A DNA stretch of 60,894 nucleotides from an uncultured virus (IMG/VR IMGVR_UViG_3300035661_004061) (lineage: Duplodnaviria; Heunggongvirae; Uroviricota; Caudoviricetes), in the IMG/VR virus record IMGVR_UViG_3300035661_004061; one strand, written 5' to 3'. Below, in pieces: positions 10,360 to 20,234 of the stretch. Position 1 is the first letter of the stretch. Each line of letters opens with the position of its first letter. The notes beneath the pieces were generated by a model. That model did no database searches. It had not been told where the DNA came from and was given only the letters and a program-made list of their open reading frames with translations. The translations under genes and the position numbers were made by a program.

Positions 10360-10885
10360 ATAGTAAAAATCCGTCGATAAAGTAAGAAATTCCAACAATA
10401 CCACTACTTATACCAATATACCATATATATTTCTTTTTAAGCAATCCTGAAATTGTTGATAATAAAATAGTGATTTGTAAAAAAATAACAGCCATTCCAA
10501 AATTTTTAGAATGTACTTGTGATTCGTCTCTTGTTTTTTCTAATCCTTCTGCTTTAATTTTAGCTTCTTTTTTTTCATTTTCATATTTTTCTATTTTTGA
10601 TTTATATTCTTTAATTTTTGTTGAATATAATTCAACAGTTTTAGGATCTTTTCCTACAATATCCATTTCTAATCTTTCAGCCTGCATTTTATATAAATCA
10701 GCTTTAATATTTTTAGATTGATAAAAAGCCCAATTATCAGATACCTCCGATTGACTCATTACAGCTTTTGTGGAGTATCCTCCTCCTTTAAATGTTGCTA
10801 ATGTTGCACAAACAGCGAATATAACTGTTGTAAGTGCTAAATAACTTAACCATTTTTCTTTTTTTTCTGTTTCTGTATCCGCCAT
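10352..10885 (-). CDS. DUF4337-family membrane protein
   Basis: ALTTVIFAVCA, SDNWAFYQSKNIK, a coiled coil and AVIFLQITILL. Confidence 0.8.
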   Translation of the reverse strand: MADTETEKKEKWLSYLALTTVIFAVCATLATFKGGGYSTKAVMSQSEVSDNWAFYQSKNIKADLYKMQAERLEMDIVGKDPKTVELYSTKIKEYKSKIEKYENEKKEAKIKAEGLEKTRDESQVHSKNFGMAVIFLQITILLSTISGLLKKKYIWYIGISSGIVGISYFIDGFLLFI

Positions 10886-10941
10886 TTTTTCCCTTTTTAT
10901 TTAATTTAAATAGAATATATTACTATGTTAAGGTAATTTTG

Positions 10942-12246
10942 TCAAATATTTTTATTTAAACCTTTTATAATACAATATTTTTTATTGTTAACTAAATCTT
11001 TTAATAAATTCATATTATTTTTCATTTTATCAAATGTCAAATCTTCAATAAGTTTATATACTGCTGTTCCAGAATCTTCTTCAAACCATTTTGAAATTCT
11101 ATTCCAATCATTGTGTTCAAACATATCTTTTGCAAATCCTATATATTCTTTTTGATTTAATAATCTCATAGCTGTTTTTAATTTTAAGGAATCTAAAAAC
11201 ATTATATGATTTTCTTCAGTAAAAGTATCAGCACATTCGTTTATAGATTTTACAAATAATTCAAACATCAAATCTTCTGTTCCTGGTGAAACATCACAAG
11301 CAAACATTAATCTTTGACTATAATTAGTTTGTTCAACATCAAATGTAATTCCATATGTTAATCCATTTTTTTCTCTTATATAATCGTTTAATGATATTCC
11401 AGGTGCCATAGAACTTAAATATCTTGAAGTAAATTTAGTAATATATACATCATCATAACGATCAAAAATTATAGAAGTCATGACTTGTTCTGAATCTGTT
11501 TCTTCTAAATATTCCCCAATATGATGTTTTCCTAATAATTCTTTATATTCTTTATTATATTTTTCATCCATATTATCATTAATATGAAAACGATTAATTT
11601 CATTTTCTACTTTTGCTAAAATAGTATTTAAATCCATAATTTTAGGGTCATAAACAATAACAAATGTATGGTCTTCATTATTTAAAAAGATATTTTTGAT
11701 TTCAATACAATCTTCTAATTTTAAATTATCAATAATTTCTACTGAACCTATAATATTATCATCTTTTTCATATCCAAATTGTTGTGTTGATAATTGTAAA
11801 TAAAAACTTGTTTGTGAATCATCTTTATATCTTTTAGCTTCGTTTGAAACTACGTTTCGTTCCATTTCAAATTCTTCTTGTGAAATCTTTGTTAAATCAT
11901 TAAATGCTACATTACAAGCTATGTTAATAGCCTTATCAATTTTGTTCATAGTTGTTTCATAATAATAATTAATTCTATCATAACTAGTTGAAGCATTATA
12001 ACTACCATTTTGTTTCAAAGATTCATTTAAATCTTCAGAAGTATAATCTTTTGTGGATTTAAATGATAAATGTTCAATTAAATGAGAAATTCCATATACT
12101 TTTTTACCTTTAAGTTTTTCATATACTCTTTCAATATTAGATCCCTTCCAATTTATAATTTCAATTTTAAAAAAATTAGTATCAGGAAGTTTCACTATAG
12201 AATATTTTCTATTGTTTTGTATAACTTGTTTTATTGATTTATTCAT
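10942..12246 (-). CDS. M16-family (insulinase) zinc peptidase
   Basis: GISHLIEHLSF (HxxEH), YNASTS, ERNVVSNE and IREKNGLTY. Confidence 0.9.
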   Translation of the reverse strand: MNKSIKQVIQNNRKYSIVKLPDTNFFKIEIINWKGSNIERVYEKLKGKKVYGISHLIEHLSFKSTKDYTSEDLNESLKQNGSYNASTSYDRINYYYETTMNKIDKAINIACNVAFNDLTKISQEEFEMERNVVSNEAKRYKDDSQTSFYLQLSTQQFGYEKDDNIIGSVEIIDNLKLEDCIEIKNIFLNNEDHTFVIVYDPKIMDLNTILAKVENEINRFHINDNMDEKYNKEYKELLGKHHIGEYLEETDSEQVMTSIIFDRYDDVYITKFTSRYLSSMAPGISLNDYIREKNGLTYGITFDVEQTNYSQRLMFACDVSPGTEDLMFELFVKSINECADTFTEENHIMFLDSLKLKTAMRLLNQKEYIGFAKDMFEHNDWNRISKWFEEDSGTAVYKLIEDLTFDKMKNNMNLLKDLVNNKKYCIIKGLNKNI

Positions 12247-12454
12247 TAAACCTCTTTCTTATTAAAATTTTATGAATGGTATCATAATTAAGTTAGAAAT
12301 AAAAACATTTTAAAATAATTTTATAAAAATTTAATAATATTTATTTAATATATAATTATTTTATATCTTTATTTAATAATATAATTATTTTGGATATTTG
12401 TTAATTGTTTTCCAGTTATTCTTATAAGTGCTCGAATTTTTGTTTGTTTCACAA

Positions 12455-12485
12455 ACACCAACCACCTGAAGGTGGTGGTCTTAAA
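12455..12485. mobile_element. Possible IS200/IS605-type terminal hairpin remnant
   Basis: A GC-rich imperfect palindrome ccaaccacctgaaggtggtgg in an otherwise AT-rich intergenic region; no transposase nearby. Confidence 0.3.
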
Positions 12486-12637
12486 AATTAGAATTAAGAT
12501 AAAAGATTTAAAATGTTTATATTATTTATATTAATTCCATCTTTTTTATATGGACACGGAGTACGAAATATTCAAGAAGAATCTGCAAAAGAATTAAAAA
12601 ATATACATTTATTCTAATATATGATTAAAATGGTTAT

Positions 12638-12808
12638 ATGAAATTAAATCAAAATGGCGTTCCATTAACAACAGCTGAATTGAATAAAGATGTGTGGAAA
12701 ACAGGTCAAGAAACAAGTGGAATATTTTTATTATTTATTACGATTGTAATATTAATAATATTATGGTTTTTAATTATTTTGCTCGATAATAAATCTAAAA
12801 AAGAATAA
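12638..12808 (+). pseudogene. Small membrane ORF, probably the 3' remnant of a disrupted exported/membrane gene
   Basis: MKLNQNGVPLTT...GIFLLFITIVILIILWFLIILLDNKSKKE. An upstream signal-peptide-like segment (LFILIPSFLYGHG) is in another frame and is separated by stops. Confidence 0.4.
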
Positions 12809-12820
12809 ATAAATTTTATT

Positions 12821-13810
12821 TCATATTTCTAAAAATTTTTCAATCATTTCTTTATTAATAGAAGTATTTTCTTCTTTTGCTGTTAAAACTTTATTTTCTA
12901 AAATTAGCAGTTTGTCAGAAGAAATAGATTGTCTTTTTTTAGATTTATCAAATACATGTGGTTCTTCAGTGAAATTAAATATTTTTTTCTTTTTAATAGA
13001 TTCCCATACTTTTTCTGATTTTTCATTTAATAATCCAGCATATAATCTTTGATTATTCATTCCTACCCATTTAGCAGCTTGTAAATATAAATATTTTGCA
13101 TAACCCTTACCTTGAAATTCAATATTATATTGTTCAGGTATTTCTCTTTTTTCCAAATCTGATAAACGATATTTATTATCAAAAGCTATATTTGAATATA
13201 AATATTTCCATTTTTCTTCAAGCTCTGAATAATTATACTTTATCATTTCCGAAGTATCATAAATTATAGAATAATCTACTAATGGTTTATCAACAAAATA
13301 AGATTTATCATTTTCATATTCTTTTTTAAAAGTCTTATTAAAAAATATAACTGACTTTTTATATTCTTCATCTAAAATTGTATCATCAATTTTTTCTAAA
13401 TTTTCATAAATTTCAGTATTTAATTCAAAATTAAAAATATTATTTCTTTTTTTGCAAACTTCTATTTTATATTCTCTTGAATTTTCCGTTATTCCTTTTA
13501 AATAAATTTTATTTTCTTGAATCATCCATTTTAAAACATTACCTTTATAATATTCCCAATGAGATTTAGGTATATAAGATATTTTCATATATCCAGATTC
13601 CAAACCATTTATATACATTAACAGTTTATTTACAACCCAACCTTTATTTTCAAGATCAATATCTAATTCATATTTAAATTTAATAATATTTCCATTTTTT
13701 AATTTAATTTTTGATTGTTTGTCAGAAGGAACTTTATATTCATAAGGTAAAAAATTTTTTTTTGTTTTTTTTCTACCATTCATTCGTTTTAGTTCTGGTA
13801 AATTATTCAT
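12821..13810 (-). CDS. Hypothetical protein with a C-terminal GNAT-like acetyl-CoA-binding motif
   Basis: EFQGKGYAKYLY (GNAT motif A) followed by NEKSEKVWES. Confidence 0.6.
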   Translation of the reverse strand: MNNLPELKRMNGRKKTKKNFLPYEYKVPSDKQSKIKLKNGNIIKFKYELDIDLENKGWVVNKLLMYINGLESGYMKISYIPKSHWEYYKGNVLKWMIQENKIYLKGITENSREYKIEVCKKRNNIFNFELNTEIYENLEKIDDTILDEEYKKSVIFFNKTFKKEYENDKSYFVDKPLVDYSIIYDTSEMIKYNYSELEEKWKYLYSNIAFDNKYRLSDLEKREIPEQYNIEFQGKGYAKYLYLQAAKWVGMNNQRLYAGLLNEKSEKVWESIKKKKIFNFTEEPHVFDKSKKRQSISSDKLLILENKVLTAKEENTSINKEMIEKFLEI

Positions 13811-14203
13811 TATTTAAATATCACAATTTTTGAATATGAAGATATTTCAGTTTTTAACAATTTTTTTAATCTGTCTTGTTCACTTTTTTCTTTATTTTTT
13901 TCCATCATTTTAACTACCTTTATTATATTTTAATATATTATAATAAAAACAATTAAAAAAAATTCTTAATTAAAAAAGATTGAAGTTATTTTTTTTTAGA
14001 ATATAATTTTAAAAATAAAATCAATAAAGGAAAAATTAAATTGCAAAAGAAGAATTAGAAAAACAATTAAAAGATTTAAATGAATTAATAAATGCAAAAC
14101 TTTATATAATTAAAATCGTCCCAAAAGATGAACAAGAAAAACTATAAAATGAAATAAACGGACTTGTTGAAAAAATAAACAATATTATTGAATTATTAAA
14201 TTC

Positions 14204-15091
14204 TTAAATATCAGGTAATTCTATAGTTAAAATTTTAGAAACATGATTATTTGAAGAATAACCTAAAGTATTAGAAATTAGATTTATCTTTTCACCATTA
14301 TTTAATTCAATTAAATGATTACAATTAAAATGACTATGACCAAAAATCCAGTGTTTTCCTTTAAATTTATTTAAAAATTCTTTTCCATCAAAAGAATAAA
14401 ATCCAGTAGTAGGTGAATCTTTCCAAAATTGATTTTGATGTTCTTTTTCAATAGAAGGATTTATATGTGTTATCATTATATCACAATTTTCAACAATATT
14501 ATTGATTTTTTCATTTTCTATTTTAGATAATTCATTAAATTTATACATAGATTTTATATCACTATCTGGCATTGAACATTCCCATAATTCTTGTAAATCG
14601 TCAAATTCTCTATATTGAAAAGAAGGATGTTTTCCTAAAGAAATACGATGAATACTTGAATATTTTCCGTCATACCATCCCATCGTTCCTCCTATTTTTA
14701 TTCCATTTATATTTACAAGTTCACCATCTAACAAAATAATTCCATTTTCTTTATAAAGTTTTTTAGCGTTTTCGATTTTATCTTTATAAGAATTATATAA
14801 AGGTTGTTGTATTGGTTCTTTTTTTTCATTATAAAGATATAAAACCCGATTATGTAAACAATGTAAATCATGATTTCCAAATACACATATAATTTCTTTA
14901 TAAAATAATTTTTTTAAAGTTTTTAAAAAATTAACATTTTGAATATTAACTTCTCCCATATCACCAGCTATAATGAGAATTTCTCCTTTTGGTTCTAATT
15001 TATTCCAAAATTTTCGAATATTATCAATGTTTGGGTTTATTTCAGAAAAATGGGAATTAATATGAATATCACTTATAATATCTATTAACAT
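14204..15091 (-). CDS. Calcineurin-like metallophosphoesterase
   Basis: SDIH, AGD, GNHD, THINP and FGHSH. Confidence 0.9.
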   Translation of the reverse strand: MLIDIISDIHINSHFSEINPNIDNIRKFWNKLEPKGEILIIAGDMGEVNIQNVNFLKTLKKLFYKEIICVFGNHDLHCLHNRVLYLYNEKKEPIQQPLYNSYKDKIENAKKLYKENGIILLDGELVNINGIKIGGTMGWYDGKYSSIHRISLGKHPSFQYREFDDLQELWECSMPDSDIKSMYKFNELSKIENEKINNIVENCDIMITHINPSIEKEHQNQFWKDSPTTGFYSFDGKEFLNKFKGKHWIFGHSHFNCNHLIELNNGEKINLISNTLGYSSNNHVSKILTIELPDI

Positions 15092-15160
15092 TTGTTTTCC
15101 TTTTATTTATAATTATATCTTAATTTTATTAAATTAACCTAAAATTAAAATTTTTATTTT

Positions 15161-15520
15161 TTACATTTCTGGTTGAAATGATTGAATTTTTTCTTTATAA
15201 AATTTTTCTTCTTCTTCTTTTTTTAATTTATTTTTAGAATTTATAATAGATGAAATAGTATGACCAATTTTATAATTTTCTCTATCAATTACATTATGAC
15301 CAGTATCATTCAATTTTAAATGAGAATTGATTTCATTAAGATATTCTATTCTTAATGTTTCCAAATCTTCTTTCATAGTTTTTAATGATAATATTCTCTC
15401 TTTTAATTCTTTTTCTAATATATTCATAAATTTTGTTTTTAATAATTTAGACATTGTTTTACCATCTAATTCTCTTATATGATTTACAGTTTCTATAATT
15501 TTGTCAGTTCTTTTTTCCAT
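15161..15520 (-). CDS. Hypothetical coiled-coil protein
   Basis: 119-aa ORF with an AAGGA RBS. Confidence 0.6.
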   Translation of the reverse strand: MEKRTDKIIETVNHIRELDGKTMSKLLKTKFMNILEKELKERILSLKTMKEDLETLRIEYLNEINSHLKLNDTGHNVIDRENYKIGHTISSIINSKNKLKKEEEEKFYKEKIQSFQPEM

Positions 15521-15606
15521 TATTTTTCCTTATATATAAAATTATTAATATATTATAAGAAATAATCATATATTTAAATCAATAAAATGAAAATATTAAT
15601 TATTTG

Positions 15607-16116
15607 TTACGGTTGCATTAATTTTGTAAAATTTTTAGCTAGTTCAAAATTAGAATATTCTTTATCTCCTGTTATTTCTTTTATAAATAAACTTTTTAAA
15701 GTTTCGTTAAAAATATATGTATCACATTCTCTTTCAGTTTCAAATTCCATTTCAAATGTAGATAAACCTAAATTAAAATATAAATCAATGCAAGAAGATT
15801 TTCCACTTTTAAAATTCATTCTAACCTTGATAATACTATTAATTATATTATTTTCTAATTCTTTGTAAGTATCTTCATCAATTTCATCTTCAATTTCTTT
15901 TCTTATTTTTCCATGTCCAAATTTAACAGTTTTTGTATAAATGATTTCGTTTGTTTCAATATTTGTTATTGAACGAATACGAACTTCTTTTTCATCATTT
16001 TTTTCAATATATGATTGAATTATACATTGACTTTCAAATCTTTTTTCATTTTGACTTATATAATCTAAAGTTTTATCGAAATTTAATAAAAATTTTCTTT
16101 CAATTTCCAATGCCAT
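15607..16116 (-). CDS. CYTH (triphosphate tunnel metalloenzyme) domain protein
   Basis: EIERKFL, IQSY, EVRIR, RKEIE, IKVR, EMEF and EITGDKEYSN. Confidence 0.9.
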   Translation of the reverse strand: MALEIERKFLLNFDKTLDYISQNEKRFESQCIIQSYIEKNDEKEVRIRSITNIETNEIIYTKTVKFGHGKIRKEIEDEIDEDTYKELENNIINSIIKVRMNFKSGKSSCIDLYFNLGLSTFEMEFETERECDTYIFNETLKSLFIKEITGDKEYSNFELAKNFTKLMQP

Positions 16117-16330
16117 TTTTATTCCTTATATTTAATATTTTTATAATTATATCACAAAAATATTAAATAAATAAGATTTTTTAATTTAATTCTAAATCAT
16201 AATTTTGTAATTCTTCTTTAGATTTTTCAATAAAACCTTTTTCGAATAATAATTTTACTATTTTTTTTGTTGATTTACTTATTATATATTATAAAATAAT
16301 TATGTGTAAACATTTTTCAAAATTCTAAAA

Positions 16331-16366
16331 AATTCATCTCCACCATTAATGGTGGAGTTTTCTTTT
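16331..16366. mobile_element. Perfect 20-bp palindrome resembling an IS200/IS605 (tnpB-type) end; alternatively a terminator
   Basis: aattcat-ctccaccattaatggtggag-ttttct; the palindrome spans 16338-16357. Confidence 0.35.
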
Positions 16367-16401
16367 TCCTACTTCGATAAATATTATATTTTATATAAAC
16401 T

Positions 16402-16884
16402 TTAACTTTGAATTTTTTCAAGGTTTTCTAATAACATTTCATAATACATTAAATCTTCATCTTCAATATTTATGTTTTTATATGGATTAAATGTTAAATT
16501 ATCGTATTTTTTTAATCTTTCATATTCTTCTTGAGGAATGATTACAGCTTTTTTATTTGCTTTTTCATCAAAAATCAAAATAGTATTGTTTTCTATTAAT
16601 TTAGAAAATTCTTCTTCTGTATATAATTCAAAATCAAAACAAGAAATTCCTAAAGAATAAGAAGTTTCTTCTTTCATCTTTTCAGATATAATTAATTTCA
16701 TGAATACATAATTCATATAAAGATTTAAATCTACTTTATTTTCTTTTGTCATTTCATTAATAAAATCCATATATTCGTCTTCTAATTCCAAATCAATTTT
16801 AGAATTAAATTTATCTTGATTATTATTATAATAATCTTTATATGAATTAGGTATTTTATCAATATTATATATATATTTATCCAT
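16402..16884 (-). CDS. Hypothetical protein with a Phd/YefM-antitoxin-like C-terminal segment
   Basis: ILIFDEKANKKAVIIPQEEYERL resembles the Phd/YefM core motif. Confidence 0.45.
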   Translation of the reverse strand: MDKYIYNIDKIPNSYKDYYNNNQDKFNSKIDLELEDEYMDFINEMTKENKVDLNLYMNYVFMKLIISEKMKEETSYSLGISCFDFELYTEEEFSKLIENNTILIFDEKANKKAVIIPQEEYERLKKYDNLTFNPYKNINIEDEDLMYYEMLLENLEKIQS

Positions 16885-16966
16885 TTTATTTCCTTTATTT
16901 ATTTTTACAATCTATCAACGTATCTTTTTGAATTATATTAATATTTTTATATGAATCAAAAACTTG

Positions 16967-17494
16967 TTATTCTTCCGAATCATTTAAATCATTAAAATTT
17001 AATTCGTCCAATATTTCCCATTTTTCACTTTGTGACAATACATGATTATTTTCAAATAATTCTAAATGATTTTTATAAAAATTATCTAAATAACGTTTTT
17101 CTTTTAATTTTTGTTCTAATTCTTCGGACAAATGTTTAAAATTTCTTCTTAATTTTCTATTATTTTCATCTATTTTTATTTCAAATAATCTATTACCTGT
17201 TCCATTACTTAATAAACAATCCATAATAACAGTTCCATTAAAATCTTTTAATTGTTCTTCTATTCTATTATATTGTTTTCCTGGATTGTTATATGAATTT
17301 GCGTAAATAATAATTAAATTATCTTCAACTTTTTCAATTATAAAAAAATCTTCTTCTAAATCAGATTGTTTATTTGAAATCATAGATTTTATATCAGTTA
17401 ATAAATTAATCACTTCATATCTATTTTCATTATTCCATGAAATATTATCCAATATTTCTTTAAATTGTATTTTAATTTCATTAAGATTTTCCAT
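16967..17494 (-). CDS. RnlB/LsoB-like antitoxin domain protein (orphan in this window)
   Basis: IIYANSYNNP...IEEQL..FNGTVIMDCLLSNG..NR matches the RnlB-family pattern as recalled. Confidence 0.55.
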   Translation of the reverse strand: MENLNEIKIQFKEILDNISWNNENRYEVINLLTDIKSMISNKQSDLEEDFFIIEKVEDNLIIIYANSYNNPGKQYNRIEEQLKDFNGTVIMDCLLSNGTGNRLFEIKIDENNRKLRRNFKHLSEELEQKLKEKRYLDNFYKNHLELFENNHVLSQSEKWEILDELNFNDLNDSEE

Positions 17495-17516
17495 TTTTAT
17501 CCTTTTAATTTAAATA

Positions 17517-17723
17517 TCATTTGACATAAGCAAATTTAACAATGTAATCATACAAATTGGAATGTTCATTGTTAATTTTATCAAATTCAATAATATCTAT
17601 TTTAAAACCTTCTTTTTCAAAAGGTTTTAAACTTTCTTCAATAGAATTTCTTAATAATGTTCCATAATTAGAACATATTTGAATAACTACAAATTCCCAA
17701 TCTTCATTTTTTTTATATAACAT
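17517..17723 (-). CDS. Small hypothetical protein translationally coupled to aspS
   Basis: Its start overlaps the aspS stop (TAATG) at 17723. Confidence 0.6.
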   Translation of the reverse strand: MLYKKNEDWEFVVIQICSNYGTLLRNSIEESLKPFEKEGFKIDIIEFDKINNEHSNLYDYIVKFAYVK

Positions 17724-19579
17724 TAATGTTCCTTAATAGAAGGTTGATTAAGTTTTAAACTTAATTCTTTCAATTGTTCCTTTGAAACAATAGAAGGAGC
17801 ATTTGTTAATGGACAACCAGCATTTTGTGTTTTAGGGAAAGCAATAACATCTCTAATTGAATCTAAATTTAATAATAACATAATAAATCTGTCTAAACCT
17901 AATGCAAATCCTCCATGAGGAGGAGTACCATATTCCAACGCATCAACTAAAAAACCAAAGTTTTCACGAATTTGTTCATTGTTAAAACCTAAAATTTCAA
18001 AAATTTTATTTTGAATTTCTATATCATGGATACGAATACTTCCACCTCCAATTTCTACACCATTCATAACAAAGTCATAACTTTCACTATATACTTCTTC
18101 TAATGTTCGTATTCCTTCAAAATATTCTGAAAGATGTTTCAAATTAGGAGAAGTAAAAGGATGATGCATAGCTTTTGTTTTACCTTCTTCTATTTCAAAC
18201 ATAGGAAAATTAATAATCCAAATATAAGAAGAATATTCTTTATTAATTAAACCAAAATCTTCGGCTAATTTATTTCTCATTCTCCCCATATAATCCCAAA
18301 CACGATGTTTATCTCCTGCTCCAAAGAAAATTCTATCATTTTCTTCCAATTTACAGTGTGTAATCAATTCATTTAAAGTTTCTTCTGAAAGAAATTTAGT
18401 TAATGGACCTTTTAATTTTAAAACCCCTTCTTCTTTTTGAACTTGAAAATATGCTAAACCTTTTGCACCAAACTTAGTGACAAATGTTTCTAAATCTTTT
18501 TGATAAGTTTTAGAAATTTCAGAATCTTTATTTTTCAAAACTAATGCCTTAATTCTGTTGTTTTTAATTTTAGCAATATTTGAAAATACTTCAAATGAAC
18601 TTTTTTCAAAAATATCTTTAACATCTATCATTGGAAACCAATATCTAACGTCTGGTTTATCTGAACCAAAATGTTCCATAGCATAATCGTATGACATAAC
18701 AGGAAAATGAATATCTTCTATCATAAATTCTTCAAGTTCATGAATAATATGAATATCTTTTATTTCTCTTGTTCGAACTTTATGTATCATTTTTTCTGTA
18801 GTATAAATTGTTTTAATCATATTTTCTACATTTTTCATTACATCTTCTTTTTTCACAAAAGACATTTCAAAGTCTACTTGTTCAAATTCAGGCTGTCTAT
18901 CAGCTCTTAAATCTTCATCTCTAAAACATTTAGCTATTTGATAATATTTTTCAAATCCACTTGTCATCAATAATTGTTTAAATAATTGTGGAGATTGTGG
19001 TAAAGCATAAAATTCTCCATTATGAACCCGACTAGGAACTAAATAATCTCTTGCACCTTCTGGTGTAGATTTAGTTAAAATAGGTGTAGAAACTTCTATA
19101 AAATCACTATTATGAAAATAGTTTCTAATATTATGTGAAATATCAGATTTAAATTTAAAAATATTAAAATTTTCTTCTGAACGTAAATCTATATATCTAT
19201 GTTTAAGTTTTAATTCATTGTTTACATTTTTATCTTTATGTGTAAATGGTAGAGTTTTTGATTTGTTTAATATAGTAATATCATTAATCATTAATTCAAT
19301 AGAACCATTTTTAAGATTTTTATTTTCAAGTCCTTCTTTTCGTTGAACAATATTTCCAGTAATAGATACAACAAAACCTTCTTTTAATTTATGATATTGT
19401 TCAAATTTATCACCTAAAATTTCAGGATTAGCAACAGTTTGAATAACTTCACCTTTATCTTTGACATCGATAAAATAAACTCCACCATGATCACGAATAT
19501 TTTCAACCCATCCCTTAACCGTTACTTCTTTGTTGACCATAAAATTTAAAATGCTAGTTTCTGAACGAATTAATTCCAT
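17723..19579 (-). CDS. aspS: Aspartyl-tRNA synthetase, probably non-discriminating
   Basis: RDHGG, PEGARDY, LPQSPQLFKQLLM, CFRDEDLRADRQPEF, GGGSIRIH, PPHGGFALGLDR and IRDVIAFPK. Confidence 0.97.
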   Translation of the reverse strand: MELIRSETSILNFMVNKEVTVKGWVENIRDHGGVYFIDVKDKGEVIQTVANPEILGDKFEQYHKLKEGFVVSITGNIVQRKEGLENKNLKNGSIELMINDITILNKSKTLPFTHKDKNVNNELKLKHRYIDLRSEENFNIFKFKSDISHNIRNYFHNSDFIEVSTPILTKSTPEGARDYLVPSRVHNGEFYALPQSPQLFKQLLMTSGFEKYYQIAKCFRDEDLRADRQPEFEQVDFEMSFVKKEDVMKNVENMIKTIYTTEKMIHKVRTREIKDIHIIHELEEFMIEDIHFPVMSYDYAMEHFGSDKPDVRYWFPMIDVKDIFEKSSFEVFSNIAKIKNNRIKALVLKNKDSEISKTYQKDLETFVTKFGAKGLAYFQVQKEEGVLKLKGPLTKFLSEETLNELITHCKLEENDRIFFGAGDKHRVWDYMGRMRNKLAEDFGLINKEYSSYIWIINFPMFEIEEGKTKAMHHPFTSPNLKHLSEYFEGIRTLEEVYSESYDFVMNGVEIGGGSIRIHDIEIQNKIFEILGFNNEQIRENFGFLVDALEYGTPPHGGFALGLDRFIMLLLNLDSIRDVIAFPKTQNAGCPLTNAPSIVSKEQLKELSLKLNQPSIKEH

Positions 19580-19597
19580 TTATTTATCCTTATATTT

Positions 19598-20074
19598 TTA
19601 TATTTTTTTTACTTGACCAGAATAATCTAATGTTTTGATAAATTCTTCTGCATCTTTTTGTTCTTGAGTTTTTTCTTTAATTTTTTTAACAAGTTTAGTT
19701 GTAGAATTAATAACTTTTTCAGTTCTTTCTTCTTTTTTTTGTTCTGTTTTAACAGTATCTTGAATGGTTTCTACTTTTTTGACTTTATTTAAATTTTGAG
19801 TTGTTTTATTTTTATTAAAATTTGGATCAAATTTTTTACCTTTATAATTTGAATTTTTATTATAAAGATTAGTATTAGATATTTCTTCATTTGTATCTTC
19901 TTGTTTTTGAATATTAAAACTAGGAACTTTGAAATTTTCATCACAAAAATCTTCATTATTAATTTTTTCATTTAATAAATATACAAATTGTCCGTTTTCT
20001 AAAAACGCCACAACACCAGAAATACCTAATACTTTTTTCCCATTAATCATTGTTTTAATATTTAGATTACTCAT
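19598..20074 (-). CDS. Hypothetical protein
   Basis: 158-aa ORF with an AAGGA RBS; first gene of the aspS run. Confidence 0.65.
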   Translation of the reverse strand: MSNLNIKTMINGKKVLGISGVVAFLENGQFVYLLNEKINNEDFCDENFKVPSFNIQKQEDTNEEISNTNLYNKNSNYKGKKFDPNFNKNKTTQNLNKVKKVETIQDTVKTEQKKEERTEKVINSTTKLVKKIKEKTQEQKDAEEFIKTLDYSGQVKKI

Positions 20075-20234
20075 TTTTTATTCCTTAACTTATTTATGTA
20101 TCATGATTATACCTTATTTTGTCTTAAAAATAAATAAAAATTTGAGTATTTTATACATTTTTTATCATAAATGATTTTTTTGTTCATTTTTTTATAAAAT
20201 ATATATAAATAAAATATTATAAAAAGGATTAATA

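Noticed and set aside
9644..14207. TAA stop-codon reassignment to explain in-frame stops
   Set aside because: Conserved genes (recA, aspS, amtB, mutS) end at TAA where expected and long ORFs are uninterrupted under the standard code, so these are pseudogenes or sequencing errors.
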